Source: Hypanus sabinus (lineage: Eukaryota). From it: a stretch of 64,000 nucleotides of DNA. The notes beneath the pieces were generated by a model. It saw only the letters and a program-made list of their open reading frames with translations. It made no database searches and had not been told where the DNA came from. Numbering within the stretch: the first letter of the stretch is position 1; every line of letters starts with the position of its first letter. The stretch lies in assembly GCF_030144855.1 (NCBI RefSeq), contig NC_082722.1:19592001-19656000 (forward strand). The letters are read 5' to 3'. Made by a program: the position numbers and the translations under genes. This document shows, piece after piece, positions 50,081-64,000 of this stretch.

Positions 50081-53000
50081 GGAATAAAATGAAGGTTTAG
50101 ATACATTTGAAAAAGTATTTTTCAAATATAGCTCCTTAATTAAGTGAAAATAAGTTACTTCAAAATTTGAATTAATTTCTGTTTTTTGTCATCATTATGA
50201 GATAAGTTAAGTGAAGAGAACGTCGCGATATTTGGACAACATGAAACAGCAATAACGATCAGATTTGAAATGATGTAAATGGAAGAAACAGAATTTTGAT
50301 TTTCTTCATGAGTAAACTGGCAGTTTTGTTCGCAATTTCCACACTAAAAGCCGTCGATTATTCAGTGTCTTCCTGATTTGCAGTAACTTCGGTCATTCTG
50401 GGAATAACCTGAAGGAGAGGTACTCTTGCAACTTTGGAGGCATTATCTGCCTATAAATTTATTTGTGACGCTATTTATGGATTGAGTAGATTTAGATTTT
50501 CCCATTTTCTTTCATTTTGAATTTAAAACTTAGTTTCAGTACAGTCATCAACCATTGTCAAACAAAACCCTTAAAGTAAAATAAAGATAATGTTGACCGT
50601 GCAGAAGGGTAAAATGGGTGAACGGCTGAAAAATGTTTTTTTTTCTAATGTGTAGATTCGCAAGCGTTTTAGTTAGTGAAATTTCGTAAAAAGCATAGGA
50701 TTTACTTTTCTTTTCACAATGTGAAGTATTTTAAAATCAAGTATACCTAGCAATAAACGAACATCTGCAAAAATCCTACAATAATATGCACGCTCCACAT
50801 TTGGCTCAGTCACTTCAAACTAAGGAGTTATTTGCATTTCCGCCAAACGTTAAAAACAGATTCCAGAGGAAAATTAAAATGTTCATTGCAAATATTTCGC
50901 AAATAATATGTAATGCAGACAGAATGGCTTCTTTCTGTTCAGCTAAGTTCTAAAATTCTTCAGAATTAACACATTGTTTGCTTCGCTTGTTGCAGTACTT
51001 CTGCTTCTAATTCAACAATTTTAGAAACTAAAGAAACCGTTTCATCTCAACAAATTGGTTTGATTCTCACGTCCTATCAAAGAATTACACTTACACTTGA
51101 AGGAAAGGGGGTAGCGGGAGAATCCATGAGCCTACCGATGAATATTGTGTCATGATGCAAATCGATTTTTTTATCCAAAGTAAGATCGCCTGAAGTGCAT
51201 TATGAACGCCTGCGGCTGTACCTATTATTCTATTATTGTGTTTTATGTATTACATCCACCTTCGTCTTTTGTGAATTATATTCCCTCTCACCTAAAGTGT
51301 CTATATTACTGTCTGAGTTACATTGTGCTTTCAGCTACGTCAGAGGTACTAGTTCCAAAATCTACCTGAAGCTCTTTACTTACTTTGTGTATACAGTCGA
51401 TTGTGAAGATAACCATATGACTCAGTACCATGATTCGACCTCCAACTTAGTATCACTGAAAGGATTTCTTCATATCTGAGTAGGTATTGTGTGAATAGCC
51501 ATATAGGGTACCTGGATGACAATGAGAATCAATTTGGAATTGAATTACTTCACTTCTGTTCGTCGTAATGAAGCAATAACACTTACTGAGCATTTAGTTG
51601 GAGGAAATTATTTCCTTGTCATTGATCATTGAATAGCGATCAATAAAAAAATGTTCTTTTCTTAATTTCAATTCAGATTCACAATATTATAAAAGACGTG
51701 AATTTTATTTATGCAGTCCCTAATCATGATGTGGAATACAACACGTTGCTACGTTTGTTGTTAATACTGGGTTAGGTGCCAGATAATCCGGTCGAGGGAG
51801 AAGCTTTGAAATAGAATTATTTATTATTTAAATCAAAGTTAATTCTGTGATTTATTTATTTTGTAAGATGAAACACAAGGGAACAGGTGGCTGCAAATCA
51901 ATAAATGCAATTCAAATATAAACAACTTATAGTTGAACGTTTCTGTAGAATTCCATTACTCAACTTTATGCCTCACATTATTGTTTGAAGTAAACCCAAT
52001 ACAATCCGGTTCTACGACTCACTTATATCATTTAATCGCTAACGGAACATCAGCTTGATATTTGATGAAACCTACACAGTGTAATGTTTTCTTGAACCTA
52101 AATTTTCTCTTTTGTCTCCACCTTCATTTTTGCATTGTTCTAATCAATTTATCTTTCATTTTTCTCTCTCGCTGTTTTTCAACTATTTCCAGATAATTTC
52201 TATTCTGCTTGTTTCTCTCCTGTTCCCTTGTGAACTCTGGAGAACCGCCTGAATACTGCGAGTATCCAAAATGATATTTCCTGTGGACAATTCATTTCTG
52301 CCTCATATCTCCAAAGAAACAATGCATCTGAATTAAAAAAATACGGGCATTTGATACAGCATGCATTATCTTTCAGCCTCTCTATTAGAGAACTGGAAAT
52401 CATTTTTCTTCAGCAGTGATCAGAAAACTATTTAGCTACCTCTTTTGATATTTCCTAAAAGACGAAGGACTTGGAACGTTAGCTCTATGGAAATGGTCGG
52501 GATTTGAGGGAAGATAGAAAATAGGTAAACACCCTGGTGAGTTTATGTAATGAAAAAGCGATTGCTTTTATTTGTGAAGCAAAGTATTTTGATTATTAAC
52601 CCTGCTTTAAATGCTTGCATACGGGCTGATAAGTCAATAAAATGCGACGAATTTGCTGACCTTTTAAAATCTGTTAAAAATCTGCAGTTGTGAAATAATA
52701 AGCATAACATTTGAAGATGTTGTGGAAGATAATTTGACAACTAAAACTAATGGGCGTTGGCTGAACACAAAACATTAAGTAAATGGTAGGACAGTACTTT
52801 CTAAAAACGATCCATTTGGCATTAAAATGGAGACAAGAGACTTCCGACGCTGGAACATGGAGAAACACAATAAGCCCTGGCGCAACTCAGCAAGTCAGGC
52901 AGCATCATGGGAGGGAAATAGACAGTCGACGAGTGGGGCCGAGGCTCTTCATCTGCACTTCATTGTCAGGCCAGGAAATTAGATAGTGGGAAAAATCGAA

Positions 53001-56000
53001 ATTAAACATTCTAATCTTCATCATTGGTCTCCTCCTTTCCGTTTTTCTAACTGTCGGAAGTTTGAAATAATTTGTAGAAAATTTATTTTTTACTATTTAA
53101 ATAATTTATATTTGCACATATTTGCTGGGATAGGACTCACTACATTATCAACACAAGTTGAAAAACACAGAGGAAAAGGAAATGTAGAAGGTTTCAGAAA
53201 TAACCGATTAGTTTGGCACCTTCGGTGAAGAGAAAAGTCCACTGGGAACCTTTCACCATGCAATAAACCCGAAAAAGATCTTTCCACTTGTCATTCATAA
53301 AATATAGTGAAACTTCGTGGTCCTAGAACAAAATCCAAATGGTCGCCAATTAGCCCATATGAATAATTACCATATGAATACTTTTTTTTCCTGAATCTCA
53401 TCTCTCGAATACACACGTACGATCCATTTCAACATCAAACTCAAAAAAATATCTTCTATTCTCATTTTGTTAATCGACTCTGCTGTGGAACATTTCTCAT
53501 ACGCTTTGAGAATGCGGTATTAAATAAATGACCATGATAAAATGTCAGTATCCACAATTTCAATATAGTTTTTTTTTAACTGTGATTGCGAAGATTTCTT
53601 CCGTATTTAAGGGGAAATATTAGAGAACTTTTATCTATGTTCCAGGGCTCAGCTCTTGTCAGTACACATTTGACAACACGGTTCAACACACTTAATTCGC
53701 CATTCAGTATTCTGAGAACTTAAACGGACAGAGAATACCATGCATGTATAAAAAATCATGTCTATTCTTTTTTTTTAGGATTTCTGCTTACGGTGCAGAC
53801 TCGAGGGGCCGAATGGTCTACCTCTGCACCTATTGTCTATTGTCTATTCAAGCAAAGCAATTTGTCCTTCTCAGTAACTTATCATATCCTTAGGTGATAT
53901 CAACTAAATTCCGAGAGGCAATTTTTCTCCTGGCATTGACTTTGTCTATTCGAGTTCTGAAGAACGGTCTCGGGTTGAAATGCCGGCTGTTTATTTATTT
54001 CATAGATGCTGCCTGAAGTGCTGAGTTCCTTCAGCATTTGGCGTACTGTAGCTCTGTACTTTGGGCATTTGCAGTATATTTTGTGTTTATAAATTTTATC
54101 CTGCTTAGGATCACAAATTGCAAATATTCGATGTTATTAAAAAATATTGGAAAATTTTAAACAGGTATTTAACTGATATAAAAATAGTTGATATACATTT
54201 GCTGTTTTTGAATGACATATCGTGAGTAAAGAAACACATACTTTCAGAAATGGCTTTACAATTTACTTAAATTAACTTTCTTACTTTTCAATTAAGCGTT
54301 AAACGCGATAACCTGGGTATCTGCAACTTACTCGCCTGAGGTGGTGAAGGTTCTGAGCACACGGAATTTCCATGGTGTCAGCAGATAACTGTGAGTGCAG
54401 TCACTTTGCTGTGTGTGCTCTCGTTTAGCAAAAACATCTGTACCGGGTGCATCTTGTCATTGCAAAGTTAGAAAAGTTCACATATGAGGATTAGAAATCG
54501 CGTTTCACGTGCAAAATAGGTGTCACTTTCGACAAATAATTTACATTTCCATCAAGTAGGAACAAAGGAAAACACAAATACACATAAACGCAATATTGCG
54601 CAATAGGTTCTATACATGCGGCATAAACGTTTATTTTGATATATTTTTTAAATCGTTACCATATCTTGATGGAGCACAGCAAAAAAGTATTTTAAACACG
54701 TTCTGCTTCTGAGCACTTCAGATAATATGACAAAACACATGTTAAATGTTAACAATGTTAAACACACAGAAAAGTTAGGTTACCAAAAGGAGTACAAAAG
54801 AGAAGAAAAACACGACATTCCAGAGTTAAGGTTTGCCATTGTTCGCCGTGCAAAAGAGGCGATCATTGGGAGTTGGAGAATGGAGTATAACACAAATTAG
54901 CCGAGGTATACATTCAGCTCTGGGCCTCAAAAAAGGACATAAAATCTGGAGGAACAAAAGCACAGAGATGTTTGAAATGATGGATGAGAATTATAAAATC
55001 CATGTTTTCTTTCAATAAATGGCAGAGTGGTTCGGTGAGTGCGTGGTTTTCTGATAAACGGATCGCATACACAAATCAAAATCAGTCATGCAGAATTCTT
55101 GGAATTAGTCGTCCATATTGACACGCATATATAATCCCCCAGTAATGTCCTCTCGGCCAGGAGTACACAAAGAATCACAAAGGCAAACATTTCCTTTGCA
55201 TCTACTCGGACTGCAATAATCTGTTCGAAACTGTTCAACCTGATTGCCTTCCCAGCACAATAGACAGGAATGTCGACCAATCATCGCACATTTTCAGTGA
55301 CAGTATCCCGAAAATTTCTGAATTATAAAGACATTTTCCCTGCTTGGACACAGCAGATCCCCAAATCTAGATTTCTGTAGCAATACCAACACTATACGAA
55401 GGTAGGCATTGGTGAATATACCCTTAACACCCATCTTGCAGTAACTTACTTTCCTCCAAGACTGTGTTATGTAGTACGTGGCAAGTCCTCGTGACCTATC
55501 GTTCAGGGCTCAGGACCTACCTTTATTCTAGTGCCCCAGTGCTTCAAATTTATAATCACCAAACTCAGGCAAAGTATTATTTTTATTATTATTTCGAGTT
55601 GGGAAAGTCAAACAAGCTAATTCCTCAACTGTTAGCAAAATTCAAACTGGTGTTTAGAATTGTGGCTTTCTGCAGATTTCTATAAATATTGCAGTGTAGA
55701 CCTGATTGTTTAATGCTTTTACGTTACGATTTTGGGATGATATCAGTTGTAGATAACACTATTTGGACAAGGTATAACCTTTCATTTTCCATAGACTTTC
55801 AATTTTCTCTTTTAATTTCAGGTGATTTTCACTCATCGATTTCTTATATTGTGTGTCTTTGGACTGGCTATATCTAATAAGTAGGTTCTTTTTATCTGTT
55901 TATCCTTTAATATTTATATGCGAAATGTTATTATAAATTGTCCCATCTGTAACAATGGATTAATTGTATTATAGCTTTGTGAGACTCTAACCCTCAAAGT

Positions 56001-56264
56001 GAACCAGACACGCATTCATCAGAAGGAAAGGTTCCACTTCTGAGTTTGAAATTGTAAGCAAGATTTTGGTAAAGAATGCTTGCCACTTAATTGTGCCTGT
56101 CTGAGTAATCGGATTGACTTCAACTGTGGCAATGTCCTGTAATGATTTAGATAGTTTCTGGCTTCCCTCCGCCTTTCTGCATACATCATCTTACAATTTT
56201 CAGTGGTTTTTAATTTCTATTTTTGATCATCTTTTGAGTGAACCACCTGGTCCTGTATGCCACT

Positions 56265-56720
56265 GTTATGGTTCAATCCGGAGCACGCAATACTGGTCTT
56301 GATCCGGTCCGCGGACTCTGGACTCCGGGTCTCGTAGCCGTCCCTTCTTTCGCCCTCAAACCAAAATGGGATCATCTTGGCTTAAGGAGGCGCACCTGAT
56401 GCCTATCAGCTGGCAGGTGTATATAAGGGGCTCTGGCAGTGAGTCTAGTTGGGGATCGCTCTGTTTGTCTTGTACGCGCTGTCTGGTCTGCCCCGTTTAG
56501 ACCTGGTTGTCCTGTTTGCGCTGGTCGCCTGATTTATCCTGTTCCGACCAGTTCGTCATGTTTGCCCTGCTTGCGCTGTTCACCCGGTTTCGTTCTGTTG
56601 GTCCTGCTCGACCCGCCTTGGAGCACCCACCGTTAATCATCTGTTTCTGTCAGTCAGTCTCAGAGTCACCCAGGACCGAGCTCCCTTCCTATCCCTTGCT
56701 TCCGTCGGTAAGAACATACC
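56265..56720 (+). mobile_element. LTR-like solo element
   Basis: Starts TGTTATGGTTCAATCC, contains gtatataagggg, and resembles the 9123 and 17431-18753 LTRs. Confidence 0.55.
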
Positions 56721-58949
56721 AGTTGAGACTATGATAGAGACAAGTACAATCATAGTATACAAGAGGTATTTCGATAGGCACTTGAGACATCACGGTGCTG
56801 AATGTTATGGGCTGGATGCTAGGAAATGGGTTTAGTAAAGATAAGGTAATGACAGACATAAACATGAGTTCAGGTGCTCATTTCCATGTTGTGTGGCTCT
56901 GTGACAGTATATTATCAAACATGTTGCCTGTCACTTAAAAGTAGATAGTTGATGTAGAAATTCTCATTCTCAATCATTTTGGAGATTTTTAAAATTCAAC
57001 TGAAAATATATTTCAAAAAGCAAACCTGAGCAAATCTGCAGATGCTGGAAATTCAAGCAACACACACAAAATTCTGGTAGAATGCAGCAGCCCAGGCAGC
57101 ATCTATAGGAAGAAGTACAGTTGATGTTTTGGGCTGAGACCCTTTGTCAGTCCTGATGAATAATAATACTAATAATAATAATAACAACAACAACAGTCTA
57201 ACTGCAGGACAGTAAGTATTCCAGTAACAATGTAAAATGAGGAAAAGTGAAGGACATTTAAGGAAAACAATGCTGCAAATACACACCATTCAGACAGTGT
57301 TTGTGGAGGGTTTGTAGTTGTACACAGAGCGAATGATTCTATTTGTTGACTAGTAATGACAAATTCTCTGTCATCCTTAGAAGCAATGATTCTGCACTCT
57401 CTACATTTCAAACTGAGTATATCCTAGTTACTATTAAGTGATAGAGTAATATGTGGAAATAAGCCCTTCTGTCCTATTTGCCCTTATCTATCATGATGTA
57501 CATCAAGCTGGACCCACTTGCCCAGGTTTGGCCCATATCTTTCTAAAATCCTCCTATACTTGTACTTATTCAAATGTCTTTTGAATGTATATAAATGTAC
57601 ATGACATCCCAATTCCAATACTCAGCGTCCTGAAGGTAAGTGTGCCAAAATCCTTCTTTACCACCCTCTCTACCTGTGGTGCCATTTTTAATAAACAATG
57701 ATCCTATTTCACAACACTGCCATGCCCTGACAATTTACTTTGTACGTCCTACCCTGGTTTGACATCCTAAATATGAAAACCTGGGACCTCAGGTTAGTCA
57801 ACAAAGACATGAAACCTTGGAAGGAAGGCCTCTGTGCAAAAGAAGCTTGTGTATTCTCTGAAGGGCAATGACCTTGAGGAATCACATGAACGGAGAGCAT
57901 TATTAAAAGTCCATGGCCTAGAGATCTGTTTGAGCCATTATTCCTGCTTTGAAACTCCTTACACACCCCTTTGTGTGTGCAGTCTGATAGTTCCAGATCC
58001 AAGTCAGTTCTAGCAGGTTTACAGAAACCACAAGTGTTGAACTTACCACATCAGCCACACATTTCCTGGCTCCTTTACAGGAGTCCAGAAGAACTTAACC
58101 AGCAGTGGGAACTCTTGCTTTTTGATAAGTACAACTGTTTCATTCACAACCTGCAAAAGGGAACTGTCCTCTCTAGCCCTGCTCCAATACCCTGCTGGGA
58201 TTCTCCCAATTCACACACATTTGCATGCCAGTAGAAGGCATGGAATTTAAGCCTAGAGAGAGCTACCACCTCTAGTGGAAGAGATGAAAAGTTGAAAAAA
58301 GTCTGCTTTCTGCGTAAAGTCATAATACTTACTGAAGAGGATCATTGTTTGGTGTGGGAGCAATGGTTCCATGGTTCGCTGCTGAATTATCCAAGCAGAG
58401 AGACAACACAGTTGGAGAGTTAAAATCAATACCAGGTGAAGCAGGGCTGTCAGTAGAGAGGTGTGAACCTGCGGCGATGTGGGACTCCGTGACCTTGCTG
58501 TTGGCCTAGTTGTGATGACTGCAGAATGGGGATTGTTGGGCCTAGAGGAAGATCCTGGAGAAATCCGTAAATTAATAACCCAAGGGTAAGTCCTGCATTG
58601 AACATAAACTACCATTCCCAACATCAACTCCACAATGGAGTGGCTATGAGCTCTTCTGTGGTATTCCCATGTGAGAGCATGCATTTTAGGTTCATTAGTT
58701 CAGCTATACACCAATACTAACACGAGCACATAACTAGCATGTTGCTCCGACACATCAAAGTAGCAATGGTGGTATTGTTAGAGAGAAAGAGGAAGAAAGC
58801 AAGCAATTGGATGCATAGAAAACACTTTTCAGGGTGCCCTAAATCTCTTTAGAACCAAAGAAGCAAGTCCCTGTTGCAGCCCAAGTAACATTATGTAGAA
58901 AATGGGATGTGTCAGAAGTTGTAAAATCATTCAGCTCCATTTTGTGTAC

Positions 58950-59365
58950 TAGTCATAGTATCCAAGATAGCTTCAAGGTGCCTCAGAAAGGATGCATCCA
59001 TTATTAAGGAACCCAATCGGCCAGGACTTGCACTCTTCTCATTGTTACCATCAGAAAGAGGTACAGAAGCCTGAAGCACACACTCAGTGATTCAGAAACA
59101 GCTTTCTCCCCTCTGCCATCTGATTCCTAAATGGACATTGAACCCATGAACACTACCTCACATTTTTTGTGTGTATATATATATATATAATTTCTGCTTT
59201 TGCACTTTTTAAAATTTAACTAATATACAAATATACAGTACATTGAATTAGCTAGATTTATTTATTTTTCTCTCTATACTATTGTGTATTGTATTGTACT
59301 GTTGCCATTAAGTTAACAAATTCCACAACATATGCCGGTAATATTAAACCTGATTCTGATTCTGA
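58950..59365 (+). mobile_element. Rex1-like LINE 3' end
   Basis: ggtacagaagcctgaagcacacactcag...gccggtaatattaaacctgattctgattct, homologous to 7870-8160. Confidence 0.7.
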
Positions 59366-59819
59366 AATGTTAAAACAAAGGCTTCATTCATGACTTGTCC
59401 ACTTGTCCAGCCCAAGTTATTGATTCTTTGTACAATTCGACAAGCATGTCTCTCGACTGTCAATTTTGATTGATTTAAGATGATGGCTCTTAAAAGAATC
59501 AACAAAGATCTTTAACAGGAATAGAACTCTTAATGAGTAATTTTAACTGGGATCAAAGGTTAAATAGTTCTTATTGTTGACTACTTGACCAAATATCCAT
59601 TTATAAATGAGAGGTTATTTGTTGAGTGCAGGGTAGCAAATCCGAGCTGGTGAGCAGTATTTCCCATTGATTTCACTTCGGAATTAATGGTCATTAAAAT
59701 GTTATTAGATAGCAACTGCAACTTTATTTTATTTAGAGATACAAGGTGGTAACAGGCTCTTCCAGCCCACTGGGCCCACGCCACACAATTGCCCTCGTGT
59801 GGTTAGTTAACCTACCATT

Positions 59820-62520
59820 CCGTACCTTTGCCAAACAAAAGCCAGATGGAATTTAATGCAGAAAAGTGCAAAGTTTTCCAATTTGGTAGGGTTAACCAGG
59901 GTAAGTCATGCACAGTGAACTGTAGGGCACTGAGGAGCGCTGTAGAGAAAAGGGATCCTGGAAGGCTTTGAAAGTGGTGTCACAGGTAGATAGAGACGTA
60001 ATGAAAACTTACAGCACAGTGGCCTTCATAAATCAAAGTATTGAGTACAAGAGATGGGATGTTATGTTGAAGTTGGAAAAGACATTGGTGAAGCCTAATT
60101 TGGAGTGTTGAGTGCAGTTTTGGATATCTACCCACAGGAAAGAGGTTAAAAGATTACAGGGAAAATTTACAAAGATGTTGCCAGGGTTGAATGAGCTGCC
60201 AACACACGTGGTATGTGCTAGCTTGATTTCAATGTTTAAAAGAAGTTTGGATAAGTACATAAATAGCAAGGGTACAGAGGGCTATGGTACTGGTGAAGTT
60301 TGATGGGAGTAGGCAGTTTCAAATGGTTCAGCATGGACTACATGGGCCAAAGGGCTGGTTTCTGTACAGTGCTTTTCTATGACTCCATCTTTGGAAAGTA
60401 GGAGGAAACTGGAGCACCTGGAGGAAACCCACACAATCACGGGAGATCAGCTGGAAATGAACCAGGGTTGCTGGCAATGTAAGAGTATTATCTAATCACC
60501 ACATTACCATGCCACCCCAAATTCATTAGGAAATCTTAAAAACGCAGTTTAATCGTAATCCTGGTTTGTCACCGTGCTAAGTATGATCTGATGCCAAACC
60601 CGGTTCACACAGTTGCTCCTGGTTACTTTGATTTTTGGCAAAGTTGCTCGTTGCTGCTTGCATGCGGGAGGGAGGAGATGGGGGGGACATAGGGTTCTCA
60701 CATTTAACTGTTGTTCATTCTCTGGGGCACTTCTCTGTTTTCGTGCAGGTTTGTGAAGAAAAAGCATTTCAGGATGTATATTGTTTACATTTCACTGACA
60801 TTAAATTTGGACTTTGAACCTTTGAAGTTAGTTTGAAACGAACGCAATGTGGAAACTATCAGTCCATTAAAGTACTCAGGCTCAGCACTTGGAAACTCAG
60901 TTCAGTCTGAAGCATGGGAACATCATAGATTTGACCAGATAACAATCGGGTCCATAACAATCAAACAGTAAAATTCTTGGAGAGGCAGGAATCATCAAAG
61001 TCAATGGAAATTTATTATCAAAGTACATACACGAGTTGTCCAAGTCCAAGTCCAGGTTCTGCTCCAGCCACTGATTGCAACACTTTTAATTTTGCCTTTA
61101 TTTTCCTGTTATTTCTGTCCAAAGTTTTGTATTAAATAATTAAACATATACTTTCCATTCAGAATCTGTATGATTCTTCAGTCTCACTGGGCATGTTATC
61201 ATTTTGTTTGTCCATAGGTCACACATTTGTCATGATTGTAAAACCAATCTGATATATACACTGAATGCTCAGCTCATAAAGTTGCTGCTGTTTATGTTTA
61301 ACAGGAATATTTACATTTCTACACATGGCTTGACATCAAGATAGGACATAGAACAGTACAGCATAATATGGACCCTTCAGCTGACAATGTTAAGTCATGT
61401 GATATAAACCTACTCTGCGATCGGTCGAATACTTCCATCCTAGATAGCCCATATCCTGCCATTTTTCTTACATCCGTGTGCCTATCTACAAATCTCTTAA
61501 ACGTCATTAATGTATCAGTCTCTATCAGCACTCGCTGCAATCTATCACTGGCACACATGGCTCTCTGTGTAGAAAACCTACCTCTGAAATCTCCCTTAAT
61601 CTTTCATGCACTCACCTTCAGCAAAAGCGCTCTGGTATTGGCCATTGTCACTTGAGGAAAATGTACTGGCTAGACGTACAAAATCTATTTAGAGTTAGTA
61701 ACTCCTTGAATTCTAGCCATTGACCTGATGTAGGTAATGCACATATATGTATTCATTTACTTAGGGCTACAACACAAAATAAGCCTTTCCGGCTGTTCAA
61801 GCCACACTACCCAGTAACCCCCGACAACCCCCTGTTTAGCCATAACCTAATCACAGGACTATTTACAACACCCTTAACCTACTAACTGGTATGTATTTGG
61901 ACTGTGAGAGGAAACCAGAGCGCCCAGAAGAAACCCATGCACTCCATAGTAAAAACACGCTACAGATGCCGCCAGGACTGAACTCCGAACTTTGATGTCC
62001 CGAGCTGCAATAGCATCACGCTAACTGCTTGGCTACAGTGCTGCCCTGATAAACATGGAAAACCCCATTCTTTTCTACAGATGCCAAAAGGCAGAGGAAG
62101 ACAGGCCAAAAATCCAGCACTGATTATGGAGATAGGACATGTATACAAAGTTTGAATGGTTAATTTGTTTGGGTTTCATTGGAAGGGATGAGCCAGACAT
62201 TTACAATAAGGAGCAAGAATGTGACACAATAACCAAGACCAGAGGACACAACCTCAGAATAGAAGGACGTCCATTTAGAACACACATAAGGAGGAACTTC
62301 TTTAGCCATAGAGTGGTGAATGTGTGGAATTCATTACCAAAGACGGCTGTGGATGCCAAGCGCTTGGGTATGTTTCTTGTTCATAATTGATTAGGGCTTG
62401 ATGGGATACAGGGAAAAGGCAGGGAATTTGGGCTCAGGGGTGAAATGGATCAGCTGTGATGAAATGGTGGAGCAGACTTAATGGGCTTAGCCTAATTCTG
62501 CTCCTATATCTTATGGCATT
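59820..62520. mobile_element. Cluster of CR1 3' fragments and reverse-oriented HE1/V-SINE-like copies
   Basis: CR1 motifs at 59820-60380 and 62140-62520 (+) and 61330-61660 (-); SINE-like reverse copies at ~60360-60510 and ~61830-62050. Confidence 0.6.
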
Positions 62521-62599
62521 GTGGTCACAGTAAGGAAATATATTAATGAATCCAGCATTTCTGACAGTGGAGGAATCACAAGGTCTGAATATGGTACGG

Positions 62600-62885
62600 T
62601 AGGCGGCACAGTAGTGTAGTGGTTAGCACAAAGCTTTATAGTACCAGCAACCCGGGTTCAATTCCCGCTGCTGCCTATAAGGAGTTTGTTTGTTCTCATT
62701 GTGACCATGTGGGTTTCCTCTGGATGCTCCTGTTTCCTCCCACATTCCAAAGCTATACTGGCTGGTAGGTTAATTGGTCATTGTAAATTGTCCTGTGATT
62801 AGGCTAGGGTTTAATTGGGAGTTGCTGTGCAGCACAGCCAGAAAGGCTGGGAGGGCCTACTCCACACCGTATCTCAATAAATAAT
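62600..62885 (+). mobile_element. tRNA-derived SINE (HE1/V-SINE-like)
   Basis: tRNA-like head with A box (gtagtgtagtggttagc) and B box (gggttcaattccc), the core tgggtttcctctggatgctcctgtttcctcccacattccaaag, and an AATAAA tail. Confidence 0.8.
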
Positions 62886-63549
62886 ATGTACCTCAAGCTC
62901 TTACCAGCAGCAAAGCAGGGTGTGCTATAGTTCCTCACTAATTTTTCAAGCTCCTTTCCTATGTATAATGCCATAGAATTGAGATTTGTTGATGTGGTTC
63001 TGTTGTTTACAGAGAAAAAGCAATAAACTGGAACTACAAATCCTAAGCCTAGAGCGATCCCAAACTCTACTCTTGACCAGAAGGAACATGACTGAATGTC
63101 CTCCTGTGTTTTATCTTTCACATTTTCATAATTCAGCACATAACTTTCACATAGCAGGTTTCAATAAAGAGCATGGTGAATAATGACAATAAGTCTTCAT
63201 TTATGTAGTGACAGACTGTTGATGGCGGAGTAAATACTGTCCAGGAAAACAGTAATGCCTGTCCTAGTCTCCTTTGAAAGATCTTTTAGTCCCAGTTAAG
63301 GAACATCAGTAACGCAAGTTTCTTTATTATCATGCACGCCAAGAAACTGTGACAAAGACAACGCACAGAGAATGCTGGAGGAACTCAGCAGGTCAGAGGG
63401 AAATAAACAGTCACCGTTTCATACAAAGACCCTCCATCAGGTCTGGAAAGGAAAGGTGCAGAAGCCAGAATAATGTGGGAGGAAATTTTTCAATGAAAAA
63501 CATAGTTTGTATTTCACCTAGGCACATTATGCCCATGGAGTGGTGGGAA

Positions 63550-63835
63550 TGGTAGCGTAGTGGGTGGTACAGTACTGTAGTAATTCACAAAGTACTTTTC
63601 TGTGTCATTGATCCAGGTTCAATTCCCGCTGCCATCTTTAAGGAGTCTGTATGTTCTACCCATGACTGTGTGGGTTTCCTCCCACCTTCCAATGTTGTAC
63701 TGGTTAGGTTAGTGAGTTGTGGGCATACTAAGTTGGCACGGGAAGCATGGTGACACTTGTGGGCTAATTCCAGCTCATCCTCGGAAAATGTTGGTTGTTG
63801 ATGTGAAACGATGCATTTCAATGTACTGTAAGCAT
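63550..63835 (+). mobile_element. tRNA-derived SINE (HE1/V-SINE-like)
   Basis: gtagcgtagtgg...aggttcaattcccgctgcc...tgggtttcctccc. Confidence 0.7.
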
Positions 63836-64000
63836 TTTCTATGTTTCAATGTTAATGTGACAAAAAAACTAATCTCTTTAAACTAATCATGCTGTACACA
63901 AATACAGAGGCAATCAAAAGAAATCAGGATGCAGAACACAGCATACCGTGTAGCACCTATGGAGAAATTGTTATGCAGGTAAATAAAGTGCAAGGTCGAC

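Noticed and set aside
50820-51030. Helical, interferon-like fragment (KEAILSALHIICEIF) on the minus strand
   Set aside because: Interrupted by stops and a frameshift; similarity too weak to support.
55100-55290. Cys-rich frame with CLCDSLC (somatomedin-B-like)
   Set aside because: Bounded by stops, incomplete Cys pattern, no convincing splice sites.
36345-60030. CACAGTG heptamers (~36347, ~59911, ~60013) as possible RSS
   Set aside because: No nonamer at 12/23 spacing, and all lie inside LINE remnants.
1-64000. CRISPR arrays, functional tRNA/rRNA genes, and most short ORFs in the track
   Set aside because: Vertebrate DNA with no repeat-spacer arrays. tRNA-like boxes belong to SINE heads, and the ORFs are transposon fragments, antisense shadows or chance.

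Overview
Eukaryotic genomic DNA, most likely a cartilaginous fish and probably a ray (inferred from HE1/V-SINE-like, CR1, Rex1 and Penelope-like repeats). It is repeat-rich and has two assembly gaps. The main host gene, assembled by hand on the minus strand (30315->16385, 8 exons, about 363 aa), is a non-rearranging antigen-receptor-like Ig-superfamily gene. It has a leader, one exon with a germline-joined VJ-type V domain, a C1-set domain, an uncharged TM and a four-tyrosine ITIM/ITSM-type tail. A disabled paralogous C1 exon lies tail-to-tail at 14253-14548 amid locally duplicated segments, and orphan exon chains (one ITAM-like) suggest a decaying, possibly paired, receptor cluster. The second highlight is a three-level nested insertion: a chromodomain Gypsy element contains a near-full-length CR1, whose 3' tail contains a processed RBM44-like retrocopy with poly(A), a 15-bp TSD and a 5' inversion. 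Most ORFs in the supplied track are transposon fragments or noise.
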